This document shows, piece after piece, positions 50,347 through 60,454 of a stretch of DNA of 64,000 nt; position 1 is the stretch's first letter, and each line of letters opens with the position of its first letter. Below the pieces are notes generated by a model. It saw only the letters and a list, made by a program, of their open reading frames with translations, did not search any database and was not told where the DNA came from. This DNA is from an uncultured Chloroflexia bacterium. Lineage in GTDB: Bacteria; Chloroflexota; Limnocylindria; Limnocylindrales; CSP1-4. Location: contig CAVTHS010000014.1 in NCBI GenBank assembly GCA_963734535.1, positions 64,001-128,000 of the forward strand. The letters run 5' to 3'. Both the position numbers and the translations under genes were made by a program.

Positions 50347-51399
50347 CTACGACGGGGCTGTCTCACCGCGGGTGATCGAGTCGGCCGGCGGAGGCCGGCC
50401 TCTCCGCACTCGATCGACGGCCGACTTGGCCTGGTGAGCAAAGGTGGGGATGACGACCGAGAGGATCAGGAGCAGCCCGAGGGCGATGCTCTGGACCTCG
50501 ACCGTCACGCTGGCGAGGCGGAGCGCGTTCTGCATCACCGCCACGCAGAGGACCGCGAGCGCGACGCCCGGGATCGTGCCGGAGCCGCCGAAGATGTTGA
50601 CGCCGCCGAGCAGGACGACGGTCGCCACCGTCAGGGTCATTCCCGACCCGGCATCGGCGCGGGCGCTCGAGAGGCGGGAGGTGAGGATGATGCCGGCCAG
50701 CGCGGCGATCAACCCGGACAGCACGAAGAGGCTGGTCCGGACCCGCGTCACCCGCACGCCCGAGAATCGCGCCGTGCTCGGATTCTTGCCGATGGCGAAG
50801 ACCTGCCGACCGATCCATGTCCGGTGGAGCACGATGCCCAGCACCACGGCCAGCAGGATGAAGATGACGAACGGCCAGGGGATCAGCGTCCCGGGAACGT
50901 GACCGAAGCCCAGCTCGGTGAATGCAGCCGGGAAGTCGCTGACACCGCGCGGCCCGAGCACGATCAGGGCCATGCCGCGGAAGAGGGCCAGGGTTCCCAG
51001 GGTCACGACCAGCGAGGGAAGGCCGCCGCGGGCCACGATCAGGCCGTTCAGGAGGCCGCCCAGGGCTCCCACGACGAGGACGACCGGGATCCCGATCCAG
51101 AGTGGCACGCCGGCCGCCCAGAGGAACCCCAGGATCGCGCTCGCGAGGCCGGCCATCGATTCGACGGACAGGTCGATCTCGCCGGCAACGATGATCAGGG
51201 TCATCGGCATGGCCATGATCGCGACTTCCATCAGGGCGGCGATGAGGTTCGAGAAGTTGCCGGCCGTCAGGAAGAACGGCGACAGGGATGCCCCGAGCGC
51301 GATCAGCCCGATGAGGGCGAGCACGAGGAGGCTCTCCCAGCGTGCGAGGAGGCTCATCCAGCGACGCTGGCTGCGCGGGGGCGCCACGGCGGTGCTCAT
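50347..51399 (-). CDS. Rhamnose ABC transporter permease
   Basis: GEIDLSV, PSLVVTLGTLALFRG, ARFSG, VLLGGVNIFGGSG. Confidence 0.92.
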   Translation of the reverse strand: MSTAVAPPRSQRRWMSLLARWESLLVLALIGLIALGASLSPFFLTAGNFSNLIAALMEVAIMAMPMTLIIVAGEIDLSVESMAGLASAILGFLWAAGVPLWIGIPVVLVVGALGGLLNGLIVARGGLPSLVVTLGTLALFRGMALIVLGPRGVSDFPAAFTELGFGHVPGTLIPWPFVIFILLAVVLGIVLHRTWIGRQVFAIGKNPSTARFSGVRVTRVRTSLFVLSGLIAALAGIILTSRLSSARADAGSGMTLTVATVVLLGGVNIFGGSGTIPGVALAVLCVAVMQNALRLASVTVEVQSIALGLLLILSVVIPTFAHQAKSAVDRVRRGRPPPADSITRGETAPS

Positions 51400-52433
51400 C
51401 GGGCGCGTCGCTCCGCGCTCGCCCGCTGGATCCGTCGCAGGATGATCGCGTCGGCGCTCACGGCGACCAGGATCACCAGCCCGTAGATGGCCTGCAGCCA
51501 GAACTGAGACAGGCCCACGAGCGGGAGCGCGTTGGCGGTGAACCCGAGGAACAGCGCCCCGAGCGCGGCGCCCGCGATCGACCCGGAACCACCGAGCGTG
51601 CTCACACCCCCGACAACGACCGCCGCCACGATCGACAGCACGATGCCCGTCCCGGCTGTCCCGTTGATGGTCCCGAAGAACATGACCCACATGACGCCGG
51701 CGACGCCGGCGAGCAGTCCGCACACCGAGAACGCCACGAATTCCACGAGCCGGGCTGGGATCCCGAGGATCGCCGCGGCTTCCGGGTTGCTGCCGACGGC
51801 ATAGACCTGCCGTCCGAAGCGGGTGGATCGGAGGATGACGGTCCCGACGACCACCACGACAAGCGCCACCAGGACGAACACCGGGAGGAAGCCCAGGAGG
51901 TTCGTGCGCGCCGGATCCGTGAAGCCGGGCGGGAGGCCGGCCAGCGGGACCTGGTGGCTCCCGGCGATGACGTAGTCGAGGCCCCGGAAGATGCTCAGCG
52001 TTCCCAGCGTGGCGACGATCGACGGGACCCTGAGCAGGGTCACGATGACCCCGTTTGCCATGCCCAGGACCAGCCCGATCCCGATCCCGAGCGCGATCGC
52101 CGTCGGTGCATCGAAGACGTGTCGCTCCAGGACGCTTGCCACGCAGTACGCGACCACGCCGATGGTCGCCTCCACCGAGAGGTCGATGTTCCGCGTGATG
52201 ATGACGAGGGCCTCGCCGACCGACGCGACCGCGTAGATCGACGCGAGCACGGCGACGGCGGTGAGGTTGGAGAACGTCAGGAACTGGGGCGCGACCACCG
52301 AGACGAGCGCGCCGAGCACGAGCATGATCGCGATCAGGCTCAGCTCGCGCTGCCGCGCGAACACCGAGAACCACGAGGCCCGGGGGCGTGCGGTCGCAGG
52401 CCCGGCGGTGGTCATCAGGCCGGACTCAGCCAT
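51396..52433 (-). CDS. Rhamnose ABC transporter permease
   Basis: TRNIDLSV, PSIVATLGT, GSNPEAA, AAVVVGGVSTLGGSG. Confidence 0.92.
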   Translation of the reverse strand: MAESGLMTTAGPATARPRASWFSVFARQRELSLIAIMLVLGALVSVVAPQFLTFSNLTAVAVLASIYAVASVGEALVIITRNIDLSVEATIGVVAYCVASVLERHVFDAPTAIALGIGIGLVLGMANGVIVTLLRVPSIVATLGTLSIFRGLDYVIAGSHQVPLAGLPPGFTDPARTNLLGFLPVFVLVALVVVVVGTVILRSTRFGRQVYAVGSNPEAAAILGIPARLVEFVAFSVCGLLAGVAGVMWVMFFGTINGTAGTGIVLSIVAAVVVGGVSTLGGSGSIAGAALGALFLGFTANALPLVGLSQFWLQAIYGLVILVAVSADAIILRRIQRASAERRAR

Positions 52434-54030
52434 CGAGGCGCTGCTCGCCCGGGACGCCGACGGCTGCCGGGGCAGCCGCGGGCTCATCCACGCTGGCGCT
52501 CCCAGTCGCCGCGAACATCACCCGCTCCTGCGTCGCCTGGCCGCGCGGGATCTCGGCGGTGATCTTTCCCTCGTGGAAGACCAGGATCCGGTCCGACATG
52601 GCCAGGACCTCGGGGAGGTCGCTCGAGATGAGGATGATCCCGAGCCCGGAGGCCGCCAGCTCCGAGATGATCCGGTGAACCTCCACCTTGGCCCCGATGT
52701 CGATCCCGCGGGTGGGCTCATCCAGGATCAGGATCCTGGGCCGCGAAGCCAGCCACTTGGCAAGCACGACCTTCTGCTGGTTTCCGCCCGAGAGGGACCC
52801 CACCAGCTGGTCGACGCCGGTCATCCGGACGCTCAGCTGCCCGGTGAACTCGTGCGCCACCTTCCGCTCGGCGGAGACGCGAGTCACGAGGCGCGGGAAG
52901 AGGCGCGGGAGGATCGGCAGCGTCACGTTCTGGGCGATCGTGAAGTCCTGGACGAGGCCCTCCTGGTGCCGGTCCTCCGGGAGGTAGGCGATCCCCGCGT
53001 GCATCGCCGCGGATGGGCTGGCGAAGCTGACAGGGACGCCGCCGAGCAGGACCCGGCCCCGGTCGCGCTGGTCGATCCCGAACAGGACCCTGGCCACCTC
53101 CGTGCGGCCCGCCCCCACCAGCCCGGCGAAGCCGACGATCTCGCCGGCGCGGACGGAGAACCCGACATCGCGGAACTCGCCGATCTTCGTGAGGCCGCTG
53201 ACCTCCAGCAGCACGTCGCCGATCGGCGTCGCGACCTTCGGGAAGAGCGACACGGTCCGCCCGACCATGTGGCGGACCAGGTCGGCCGTCGTCAGGTCGC
53301 CGGTGGCCATCGTGACAACGTGCCGGCCGTCCCGGAAGACGGTGGCCCGGTCGCAGAGCACGAAGACCTCGTCGAGCCGGTGGCTCACGAACAGGACCGA
53401 GACGCCGCGCCCGCGGAGCCGGCGGACGATCGTGAAGAGGCGATCCACCTCGTGCGCGGAGAGCGAGGCCGTCGGCTCATCCAGGATGAGGACGCGCGCC
53501 TCGAGCGACAGGGATTTGGCGATCTCGATGAGCTGCTGGTCGGCCATCGAGAGGCCCCGGACCGGCGCCCCGACGTCGACCTGCACGTCGAGCTCCCGGA
53601 ACAGGTCCGCTGCCCGGCGACGGGTCGCGCCCCAGTCGATGGAGCCCAGGCGTCCCGACGGGGCGTGCCCGATGAACACGTTCTCGGCGACGGTCAGGTC
53701 CGGGAAGAGGCGAGGCTCCTGGTGCACCACGGCGATCCCGAGCGAGCGGGAGTGGGCGGGGCCGTGGATCTGGGTCGGCTCGCCATCGAGCCGGATCGTC
53801 CCGCTGTCGGGCTGATGGACGCCCGCGAGGATCTTGACCAGCGTGCTCTTCCCGGCACCGTTCTCGCCGACGAGGCCGTGGACCTCGCCGGGCAGGAGGT
53901 CGAGTGACACGTCCTCGAGCGCCTGGGTCGCCGCAAAGCGCTTGGAGATGCCGCGCAGCTCGATGCGGGGCGGCGCCGGGACCGTCACCGCGTCCGGTGC
54001 AAGGGGCTGCTCATGCGGCGACAGGGTCAC
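52426..54030 (-). CDS. Rhamnose ABC transporter ATP-binding protein
   Basis: [34 protein letters not shown]. Confidence 0.94.
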   Translation of the reverse strand: MTLSPHEQPLAPDAVTVPAPPRIELRGISKRFAATQALEDVSLDLLPGEVHGLVGENGAGKSTLVKILAGVHQPDSGTIRLDGEPTQIHGPAHSRSLGIAVVHQEPRLFPDLTVAENVFIGHAPSGRLGSIDWGATRRRAADLFRELDVQVDVGAPVRGLSMADQQLIEIAKSLSLEARVLILDEPTASLSAHEVDRLFTIVRRLRGRGVSVLFVSHRLDEVFVLCDRATVFRDGRHVVTMATGDLTTADLVRHMVGRTVSLFPKVATPIGDVLLEVSGLTKIGEFRDVGFSVRAGEIVGFAGLVGAGRTEVARVLFGIDQRDRGRVLLGGVPVSFASPSAAMHAGIAYLPEDRHQEGLVQDFTIAQNVTLPILPRLFPRLVTRVSAERKVAHEFTGQLSVRMTGVDQLVGSLSGGNQQKVVLAKWLASRPRILILDEPTRGIDIGAKVEVHRIISELAASGLGIILISSDLPEVLAMSDRILVFHEGKITAEIPRGQATQERVMFAATGSASVDEPAAAPAAVGVPGEQRLDG

Positions 54031-54881
54031 GGGGCCCCCAGGAGGTCGCGCCCGTCGACGGCGCCCGACCCCGGCCGGCCGGTCTCGGTGACACTGATTC
54101 CCATCTCGCGCAGCGCCGACACCATCGCTGCGGGTGCGCCCGAATCCGTGAGGACACCGGCAAGGCGGTCCGTCCGGCAGAACGTGGCGGAGGCGATGCG
54201 GCCCCACTTCGTGTGGTCGACGACGGCGTAGACCTCGTGCGCGGCGCCGACCATCGAGCGCTTGATCTGGGCCTCCTCCTCCATCGCGTCGGAGAGGCCC
54301 GCCTCGATCGTGAAGCCGGCCGCGCCCACGAACGCCTTCTGAACGTTGACTCGGCGGAAGACCCCGTCACCGAGCGGGCCGACCACGGAGAGCGCCTCCC
54401 AGCGAACGCGTCCGCCCAGCATGAGGACGGTGATGCCCGGGTGGCCGGCCAGCTCGGAGGCGATCCGGATGCTGTTGGTGACCACCGTCAGCCCATGCCA
54501 CGCCTCGCGATCCATGAGGCGGCGTGCGATGTACAGGGCCGTCGTGCTGGCGTCGAGGACGATGCTCTCACCGTCGCCGATGCGACCGGCCGCGGCCGCG
54601 GCGATGCCGACCTTCTCGTCGCGCTGGAGCCGTTCCCGGATCTCGAACGCGAGCTCCGGCCGGCTGTCGCCCATCGCGATGGCGCCGCCATGGGTGCGGA
54701 TCACGCGGCGCTTGCCCTCCAGGATGAGGAGGTCCTTGCGAATCGTGACCGCGGAGACGCCGAAGCTTCCCGCCAGCTCGGTCACCCGGGCGCGACCCGT
54801 CTCCTCGACGATCCGGGCGATCTGCTGCTGGCGCTCACGAGCGAAAACGCCGTGCGGCACGTTGAAAGCCTTCGCAGTCAC
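54027..54881 (-). CDS. DeoR-family regulator heading the rhamnose operon
   Basis: ERQQQI, VSAVTIRKDL, RTHGGA, LDASTT, VVTNS, VDHTKW. Confidence 0.93.
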   Translation of the reverse strand: MTAKAFNVPHGVFARERQQQIARIVEETGRARVTELAGSFGVSAVTIRKDLLILEGKRRVIRTHGGAIAMGDSRPELAFEIRERLQRDEKVGIAAAAAGRIGDGESIVLDASTTALYIARRLMDREAWHGLTVVTNSIRIASELAGHPGITVLMLGGRVRWEALSVVGPLGDGVFRRVNVQKAFVGAAGFTIEAGLSDAMEEEAQIKRSMVGAAHEVYAVVDHTKWGRIASATFCRTDRLAGVLTDSGAPAAMVSALREMGISVTETGRPGSGAVDGRDLLGAP

Positions 54882-54989
54882 TCGCTCTTCCCGGTCTCGA
54901 CGAATGGACTTCGGTTGGTTGCGATTAGATACACTTTGCATCGGGCTGTGACGGAAGTCAAGGCGATCCGCACCCGTGACGGCGGCTTC

Positions 54990-55018
54990 TTGACACACCG
55001 GTCGGTTCTCCGTAGGAT
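54990..55018 (+). promoter_or_regulatory. Sigma70-type promoter of the ArsR-pgsA-ino1 operon
   Basis: TTGACA (54990-54995), 17-nt spacer, TAGGAT (55013-55018). Confidence 0.78.
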
Positions 55019-55046
55019 CAACAAGCCTTTATATAAACGTGTGTTG
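55019..55046. promoter_or_regulatory. Inverted repeat, candidate ArsR operator
   Basis: CAACA-agcc-TTTATATAAA-cgtg-TGTTG directly after the -10 box; strongly AT-rich against a high-GC background. Confidence 0.65.
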
Positions 55047-55445
55047 CAGGACGGTCCGCGAGCGGCGGATCCTCCCCGACCAGCCGGGAGCTTCGCCCTG
55101 TCCCCTTCGCCAGCCCGGATCCGCGGGACCCTCGCATCGATCGTCGACCAGCCCGACGAGCTGCGCGAGCTGCGCACCTTCCACCGGGCGCTCGCCGACG
55201 TGAACCGGCTGCGGATCGTTCGCCGCCTCGCGGAGACCCCCTCGACGGTGACCGAGCTGATCGATCACGTCGGGCTGTCGCAGCCGCTCGTCAGCCACCA
55301 CCTCAAGCGCCTCCGCGACGCGGGGCTGGTCGTGACCAGGCGGGCCGGGCGCGAGACGATCTGCTCGCTCCGGCCCGGGGCCTTCGACGAGGTCGCCGCA
55401 CGTGAGCGCGTCGTGCTCGGCTACGCGCCGCCCGTGGTGGGCTGA
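55041..55445 (+). CDS. ArsR/SmtB-family transcriptional regulator (start uncertain; conserved part from ~55140)
   Basis: FHRALADVNRLRIV...TVTEL...LSQPLVSHHLKRLRDAGLV..RRAGRE. The nearest in-frame conventional starts are GTG 55041 and TTG 55044. Confidence 0.85.
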   Translation: MLQDGPRAADPPRPAGSFALSPSPARIRGTLASIVDQPDELRELRTFHRALADVNRLRIVRRLAETPSTVTELIDHVGLSQPLVSHHLKRLRDAGLVVTRRAGRETICSLRPGAFDEVAARERVVLGYAPPVVG

Positions 55446-55456
55446 GGCGCGGGCGG

Positions 55457-56164
55457 ATGACCATCTCGAACCAGACGCGCAGCCGGATCAAGCGACTCGG
55501 CGAGCCGCTTGCGCTGGCCCTTGGCAGGGCCGGCCTCACCCCGGACGGTCTGACTTTGATCGGCTTCGGGGTCACCGCCGCGGGGGCGGTCCTGCTCGCC
55601 AACCAGATGTGGCTGGTGGGCGGGCTCGTGGTCCTCTGCGGGGCCTCGTTCGACATGCTCGACGGGGCCCTGGCGCGGGCGTCGGGCCGGGTGAGCCGCT
55701 TCGGCGCGTTTCTCGACTCGGTCCTCGACCGCTCCGGAGAAGCGCTCGTCTACGTCGGCCTGGTCTGGGGCACGCTCGATCTCGGCCTGTGGCGCCCCGT
55801 CGTCCTCGCCGCCGCGGCCATGGCCGCGGCGTTCATGGTCAGCTACGTCAGGGCCAAGGCGGAAGGCCTGGGCTTCTCCCCCGGAACCGGGATGGCCGCC
55901 GTCGGCCTCGCGCCCCGCGAGGTCCGGACGGTCATCCTCACCCTCGGCCTCGTCGTCGCGGGAATCCTGCCGGGCTTCCCGGCGGACATGAACGCGCCGG
56001 GCGCGCAGGCGTACCCGCTATCGGCGCTCGCCCTCGAGGCAGCGCTCGGGCTCATCGCGCTCCTCGGGACGGTGACCGTCATCCAGCGAATCCTCCACAC
56101 CCGGGCCCAGGCGCGCCTCCAGGAGCACGCGGCGGCCGGGGAGACGCCCGTGCGGCCGGGCTGA
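55457..56164 (+). CDS. pgsA: CDP-alcohol phosphatidyltransferase (phosphatidylinositol-phosphate synthase-like)
   Basis: [15 protein letters not shown]...[25 protein letters not shown]; adjacent to ino1. Confidence 0.88.
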   Translation: MTISNQTRSRIKRLGEPLALALGRAGLTPDGLTLIGFGVTAAGAVLLANQMWLVGGLVVLCGASFDMLDGALARASGRVSRFGAFLDSVLDRSGEALVYVGLVWGTLDLGLWRPVVLAAAAMAAAFMVSYVRAKAEGLGFSPGTGMAAVGLAPREVRTVILTLGLVVAGILPGFPADMNAPGAQAYPLSALALEAALGLIALLGTVTVIQRILHTRAQARLQEHAAAGETPVRPG

Positions 56165-56225
56165 CATTGCACCACCGACCCACGGACCCAAAGCCAACCC
56201 CCAGCAGGAGGCACGAGACAACCAA

Positions 56226-57482
56226 ATGGCCAAGAAGGACTCGATCAAGGGGAGCACGAACGGCGTGAGCAGCAACGGAACGAGCACGAGCGAGGCCGGC
56301 ACCTGGGCCGGGTCGAAGCGCAAGGACGGCAAGATCCGCGTCGCGATCGTCGGCGTCGGGAACTGCGCCAGCAGCCTTGTCCAGGGTCGCTTCTACTACG
56401 AGAACGCCAAGGAGACGGAGGCTGTCCCGGGCCTCATGCACGTCAACCTCGGCGGCTACCACGTCCGCGACATCGAGTTCGTGGCTGCCTTCGACGTCAA
56501 CGCGACCAAGGTCGGCAAGGACCTCTCCGAGGCCATCTACGCCGAGCCAAACAACACGATCGTCTTCCAGCAGGTCCCCCACATGGGCGTGACCGTCGAT
56601 CGCGGCATGACCCACGACGGCCTGGGCAAGTACCTGTCCCAGATCATCAAGAAGGCGCCCGGGCCCACGGCCGACATCGTCGGCATCCTGCGCGAGCGCG
56701 AGGTCGACGTCATGGTCTCCTACCTGCCGGTGGGCAGCGAGGAGGCGACGAAGTGGTACGTCGAGCAGGCCCTGCGCGCGGGCGTGGGGTTCGTGAACGC
56801 GATCCCGGTCTTCATCGGCCGCGAGCCCTACTGGCAGCGCCGCTTCGCCGAGATGGGCCTGCCGGTCATCGGCGACGACATCAAGAGCCAGGTCGGCGCG
56901 ACGATCACCCATCGCGTGATGACCCGCCTCTTCATGGACCGCGGCGTGCGCCTGGACCGGACCTACCAGCTGAACTTCGGGGGCAACACCGACTTCCTCA
57001 ACATGCTCGAGCGCGAGCGCCTCGAGAGCAAGAAGATCAGCAAGACCAACGCGGTCACCTCGATGCTCGACTACGACATCGACCCCGACAACATCCACGT
57101 TGGCCCGAGTGACCACGTGCCGTGGCTTCTCGACCGCAAGTACTGTTACATCGTCATGGAGGGGACCACGTACGGGGACGTTCCGCTGAAGGCCGAGCTC
57201 AAGCTCGAGGTCTGGGACAGCCCCAACAGCGCTGGCGTCATCACCGACGCGATCCGCTGCCTGAAGCTGGGCCTGGATCGCGGCCTCAAGGGAACCCTGG
57301 TCGCCCCGTCGAGCTATTTCATGAAGAGCCCGCCTCTCCAGGTCCACGACGACATCTCGTACAACCGCGTCGAGGCGTTCATCCGCGGCGAGGACAACGA
57401 GACGCTGGTCGGGACGGAGAAGCCCGTCGCCCGATCGCTCCGGACCCTGGCCAAGGCGCCGGACAAGGTCGCCGTGAAGTGA
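56226..57482 (+). CDS. ino1: myo-inositol-1-phosphate synthase
   Basis: [63 protein letters not shown]. Confidence 0.97.
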   Translation: MAKKDSIKGSTNGVSSNGTSTSEAGTWAGSKRKDGKIRVAIVGVGNCASSLVQGRFYYENAKETEAVPGLMHVNLGGYHVRDIEFVAAFDVNATKVGKDLSEAIYAEPNNTIVFQQVPHMGVTVDRGMTHDGLGKYLSQIIKKAPGPTADIVGILREREVDVMVSYLPVGSEEATKWYVEQALRAGVGFVNAIPVFIGREPYWQRRFAEMGLPVIGDDIKSQVGATITHRVMTRLFMDRGVRLDRTYQLNFGGNTDFLNMLERERLESKKISKTNAVTSMLDYDIDPDNIHVGPSDHVPWLLDRKYCYIVMEGTTYGDVPLKAELKLEVWDSPNSAGVITDAIRCLKLGLDRGLKGTLVAPSSYFMKSPPLQVHDDISYNRVEAFIRGEDNETLVGTEKPVARSLRTLAKAPDKVAVK

Positions 57483-58582
57483 TGTCCGCTCCCGGGACGC
57501 CCGGCACCCCCGACGGGGCGCCGGGCACCGAGGCCAGGAGCGGCTCCCGGACCGCGCTCCGCGCGCCCCATCACCGTGAAGCGCAGGGGCGGCGCTTGCG
57601 GGCACGGTCCGCCGTGCTCGGATACCGGGCCGGCGCGTGGACCCTCGCTCGCCTGCCGCTCGGACCGGCGACGCGCGTCGGCGGCTGGATCGCGGTCGCC
57701 GTCTACTGGGCATGGCCGGCCCGGCGCCGCTACGTGCGCGCCAACGCCGCGCGTGTGCTGGGCGTCGACGCGAGCGATCGCCGCGTCGGCCACCTGGCGC
57801 GCGGCGTCTACCGGAACCAGGTCCGCTGGGTCCTGGAGCTGATGCGGCTGTCGCGCCTCTCCCAGGCGGAGCGGGTCGCGCAGATCGGCGACAACGCCGC
57901 CGAGCCGTTCCATTCCGCGTGGCTCGAATCGGACGGGTTGATCATCGTGGGGGCCCACCTCGGCAACAACGAGGCGGCTGCGGCGGGCCTTGCTGGCCGT
58001 GGCTGGCCGATCCACGCCGTCGCGGACGATACGGCGTACGAGGAGCTCTTCGACCATCTCAACCGGGAGCGCCTCAGCTGGGGGGTCGGGCAGATCCCGT
58101 GGCGGAATCTCCGGGAGGTCTTCCGGGTCCTCCGGCGGCGGGAGATCGTGGGACTCCTGGTGGACTGGGGCTACCGCCCCGACGGGATCCCGGTCCGGTT
58201 CTTCGGGGCCTGGACGCGCTTCCCCGCCGGACCCGCGGTGCTCGCCGCCAAGACCGGCGCGACGATCCTTCCCTTCTGGGTGATCCGCACCGACGGCCGC
58301 CATGCGACCGAGGTCGGCGAACGCATCACGGTCGCCTCGATGGAGCCGGCCGACCTGGCGCGGGCGACGCAGCAGATCGCGGACACGCTCGAGGCCGGGA
58401 TCCGCCTCGCGCCGGAGCAATGGTGCGTCTTCAAGCCGATGTGGCCGGACGACCCCGCCGAGATCGCCCGCCTCGAGGCGCTCGCCGCGGTGCCGCAGTC
58501 GGCCGTCGCTGCCGAGGGCGCCGTGTCCGATCCCGCCGAGGGCGCGACCCCCGACGGGGCCGCGGCGCGCGTCGGTGCATGA
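57482..58582 (+). CDS. Lipid acyltransferase (PatA/HtrB family)
   Basis: AHLGNNE, GLLVD, VRFFG...FPAGPA, APEQW...PMWP. Confidence 0.85.
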   Translation: MSAPGTPGTPDGAPGTEARSGSRTALRAPHHREAQGRRLRARSAVLGYRAGAWTLARLPLGPATRVGGWIAVAVYWAWPARRRYVRANAARVLGVDASDRRVGHLARGVYRNQVRWVLELMRLSRLSQAERVAQIGDNAAEPFHSAWLESDGLIIVGAHLGNNEAAAAGLAGRGWPIHAVADDTAYEELFDHLNRERLSWGVGQIPWRNLREVFRVLRRREIVGLLVDWGYRPDGIPVRFFGAWTRFPAGPAVLAAKTGATILPFWVIRTDGRHATEVGERITVASMEPADLARATQQIADTLEAGIRLAPEQWCVFKPMWPDDPAEIARLEALAAVPQSAVAAEGAVSDPAEGATPDGAAARVGA

Positions 58583-59585
58583 CGGTCGCACGAGCGTGAT
58601 CGTGGCGCCGGCAGTGTGCGTTCCGCTCGGCGCCACCCGCGTCCAACGGCTCCGCGTTCGCCTGCTCGAGGCGACCGGCTGGGTCGCGAACCGCCTGCCA
58701 GCGAGCGTGGCGGGCGGCGCCGCCGACGCTGCGGGCGAGCTCTGGTACCGCGCCACCCCGGCGCGAGCCGCCCAGGCGCGCGCGAACCTGGGACGCGTGG
58801 TCGCGCACCTCGCCGCAACCGGCATGGGATCCGACCGGGTCCGGGCCGCGGCCGGCGATCCCGCCGCGCTCGAGCGCCTGGTCCGCGCGTCCTACCGCCA
58901 GGCGGCACGGACCTACGCCGAGATGCTCCGGGCAGGCGCCGTCATCCGGGAGGCCCCGGGCCGGACTCGCGTCGAGGGGCCCGAGGCCGTCGACGCCGCC
59001 TTCGCGACCCACCCGGCGATCTTCTCTTCCCTCCACTTCGGGTCGCTCCAGGCGACCGAGGCCATCCTGCTGACCCGGACCGACATCCCGGTCACTGCCC
59101 CCATGGAGACGCTCGACGATCCGGCCCTCCAGGCGTTCACTTCGAGGGCTCGATCGGCGACCGGCGTGCGCCTCGTGACCCTCGAGGCCGCCCGGCGCGA
59201 GCTGCGCGCCGCGCTGGCCCGCGGCGAGTACGCGGGGATCGTGGGGGACCGCGACGTCGGCGGCGGCGGCATGCCGGTGACCTTCTTCGGCTCGCCCGCG
59301 CCGCTGCCCGTCGGGCCCGCGTTGCTCGCGCTCGAGTCCGGCGCCCCGATTCACGTGGCGGCCGTCCGGCGCCTCCGCGGCGAGCGGTTCGCGGGCCGCC
59401 TCGAGACGATCCTGCCGCCGGACGGGCCCCACGCGGCGGGCCCGGGCGCCCGGCGGGCCCGCGTCGAGGCGCTCCTCGCGGCGGAGGCCGGCGCGTTCGA
59501 GCGTCTCGTGGCGGACGCCCCCGAGCAGTGGTGGACGGTCCTCTTCCCGATCTGGCCCGACCTCGAACCGGTGCCGCGCCGATGA
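58575..59585 (+). CDS. Second lipid acyltransferase (PatA/HtrB family); start uncertain
   Basis: LHFGSLQ, VGDRD, VTFFG..APLPVGPA, APEQWW...PIWPD. Confidence 0.82.
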   Translation: MHDGRTSVIVAPAVCVPLGATRVQRLRVRLLEATGWVANRLPASVAGGAADAAGELWYRATPARAAQARANLGRVVAHLAATGMGSDRVRAAAGDPAALERLVRASYRQAARTYAEMLRAGAVIREAPGRTRVEGPEAVDAAFATHPAIFSSLHFGSLQATEAILLTRTDIPVTAPMETLDDPALQAFTSRARSATGVRLVTLEAARRELRAALARGEYAGIVGDRDVGGGGMPVTFFGSPAPLPVGPALLALESGAPIHVAAVRRLRGERFAGRLETILPPDGPHAAGPGARRARVEALLAAEAGAFERLVADAPEQWWTVLFPIWPDLEPVPRR

Positions 59586-60454
59586 GCGCGGGTGGCACCT
59601 CCCGTCGGTCGGCCGGTGGCCCGGACCCGGCGCAGCCGCATGGCCGTGCCGACCTGCACGTCCACACGCTCGCCTCGGACGGGGTCGACGGGATCGAGGC
59701 GATCCTCGACTACGCGGTCGCACGCACGGACCTCGACGTCCTCGGGATTGCCGACCACGAGCGGATCGATGCGGCCGTCGCCGCGCGGGCGCTCGCCCGT
59801 GAGCGCGGGCTGCGGATCGAGATCGTCGTGGGCGAGGAGGTGACCACGCGCGATGGGCACCTGCTGGCCCTCTTCGTGGAGGAGCGGCTCCGTCCGTTCC
59901 GCTCGATGCGCACGACGATCGGCGAGATCCACGAGCAGGGTGGCATCGCCATCCCGGCCCACCCGCTCTTCCCCTACCCGCTCTGCGCGCAGGGCTGGAC
60001 GCTCCGGCGCCTCCTGACCGCGGATGATCCCCGCGTCCGTCCGGACGCCCTGGAAGCCTTCAACCCCACCACGTTCGGGCGCCTTGTCCACGAGCGGGTC
60101 AGCCTGTTTGCCGCGGCGCACGGCGTGGCCACGATCGGCAGCAGCGACGCGCACGCCGCGGCGTCGGTCGGGACGGGCTTCACAACCTTCCCCGGACGGA
60201 CGGCAGAGGACGTGCGACGCGCGATCCTCGACGGGACGACGGGCTGGGAAGGGTCCTTCCACCGGACGGCTGCGCAGCTCCCGACGTTCGGGCGGCAGCT
60301 CCGCAAGTACGGCCGCGACCTGCGGGCGGAGGTCGGCGGCCGGGTCCGGCGCGATGGAACCGGGCGTGACCTGGGCTACCCCGGGGGTCGCTTCCGCCCG
60401 CCCCGGCCGGGCGAGACCGCCGGGGTCGTGCGACCGCGGGACGACGCCTCGTGA
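59582..60454 (+). CDS. PHP-domain phosphoesterase
   Basis: DLHVHT.ASDG, IADHE, GEEVTT, GHLL, AHP, EAFN, SSDAH. Confidence 0.88.
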   Translation: MSAGGTSRRSAGGPDPAQPHGRADLHVHTLASDGVDGIEAILDYAVARTDLDVLGIADHERIDAAVAARALARERGLRIEIVVGEEVTTRDGHLLALFVEERLRPFRSMRTTIGEIHEQGGIAIPAHPLFPYPLCAQGWTLRRLLTADDPRVRPDALEAFNPTTFGRLVHERVSLFAAAHGVATIGSSDAHAAASVGTGFTTFPGRTAEDVRRAILDGTTGWEGSFHRTAAQLPTFGRQLRKYGRDLRAEVGGRVRRDGTGRDLGYPGGRFRPPRPGETAGVVRPRDDAS

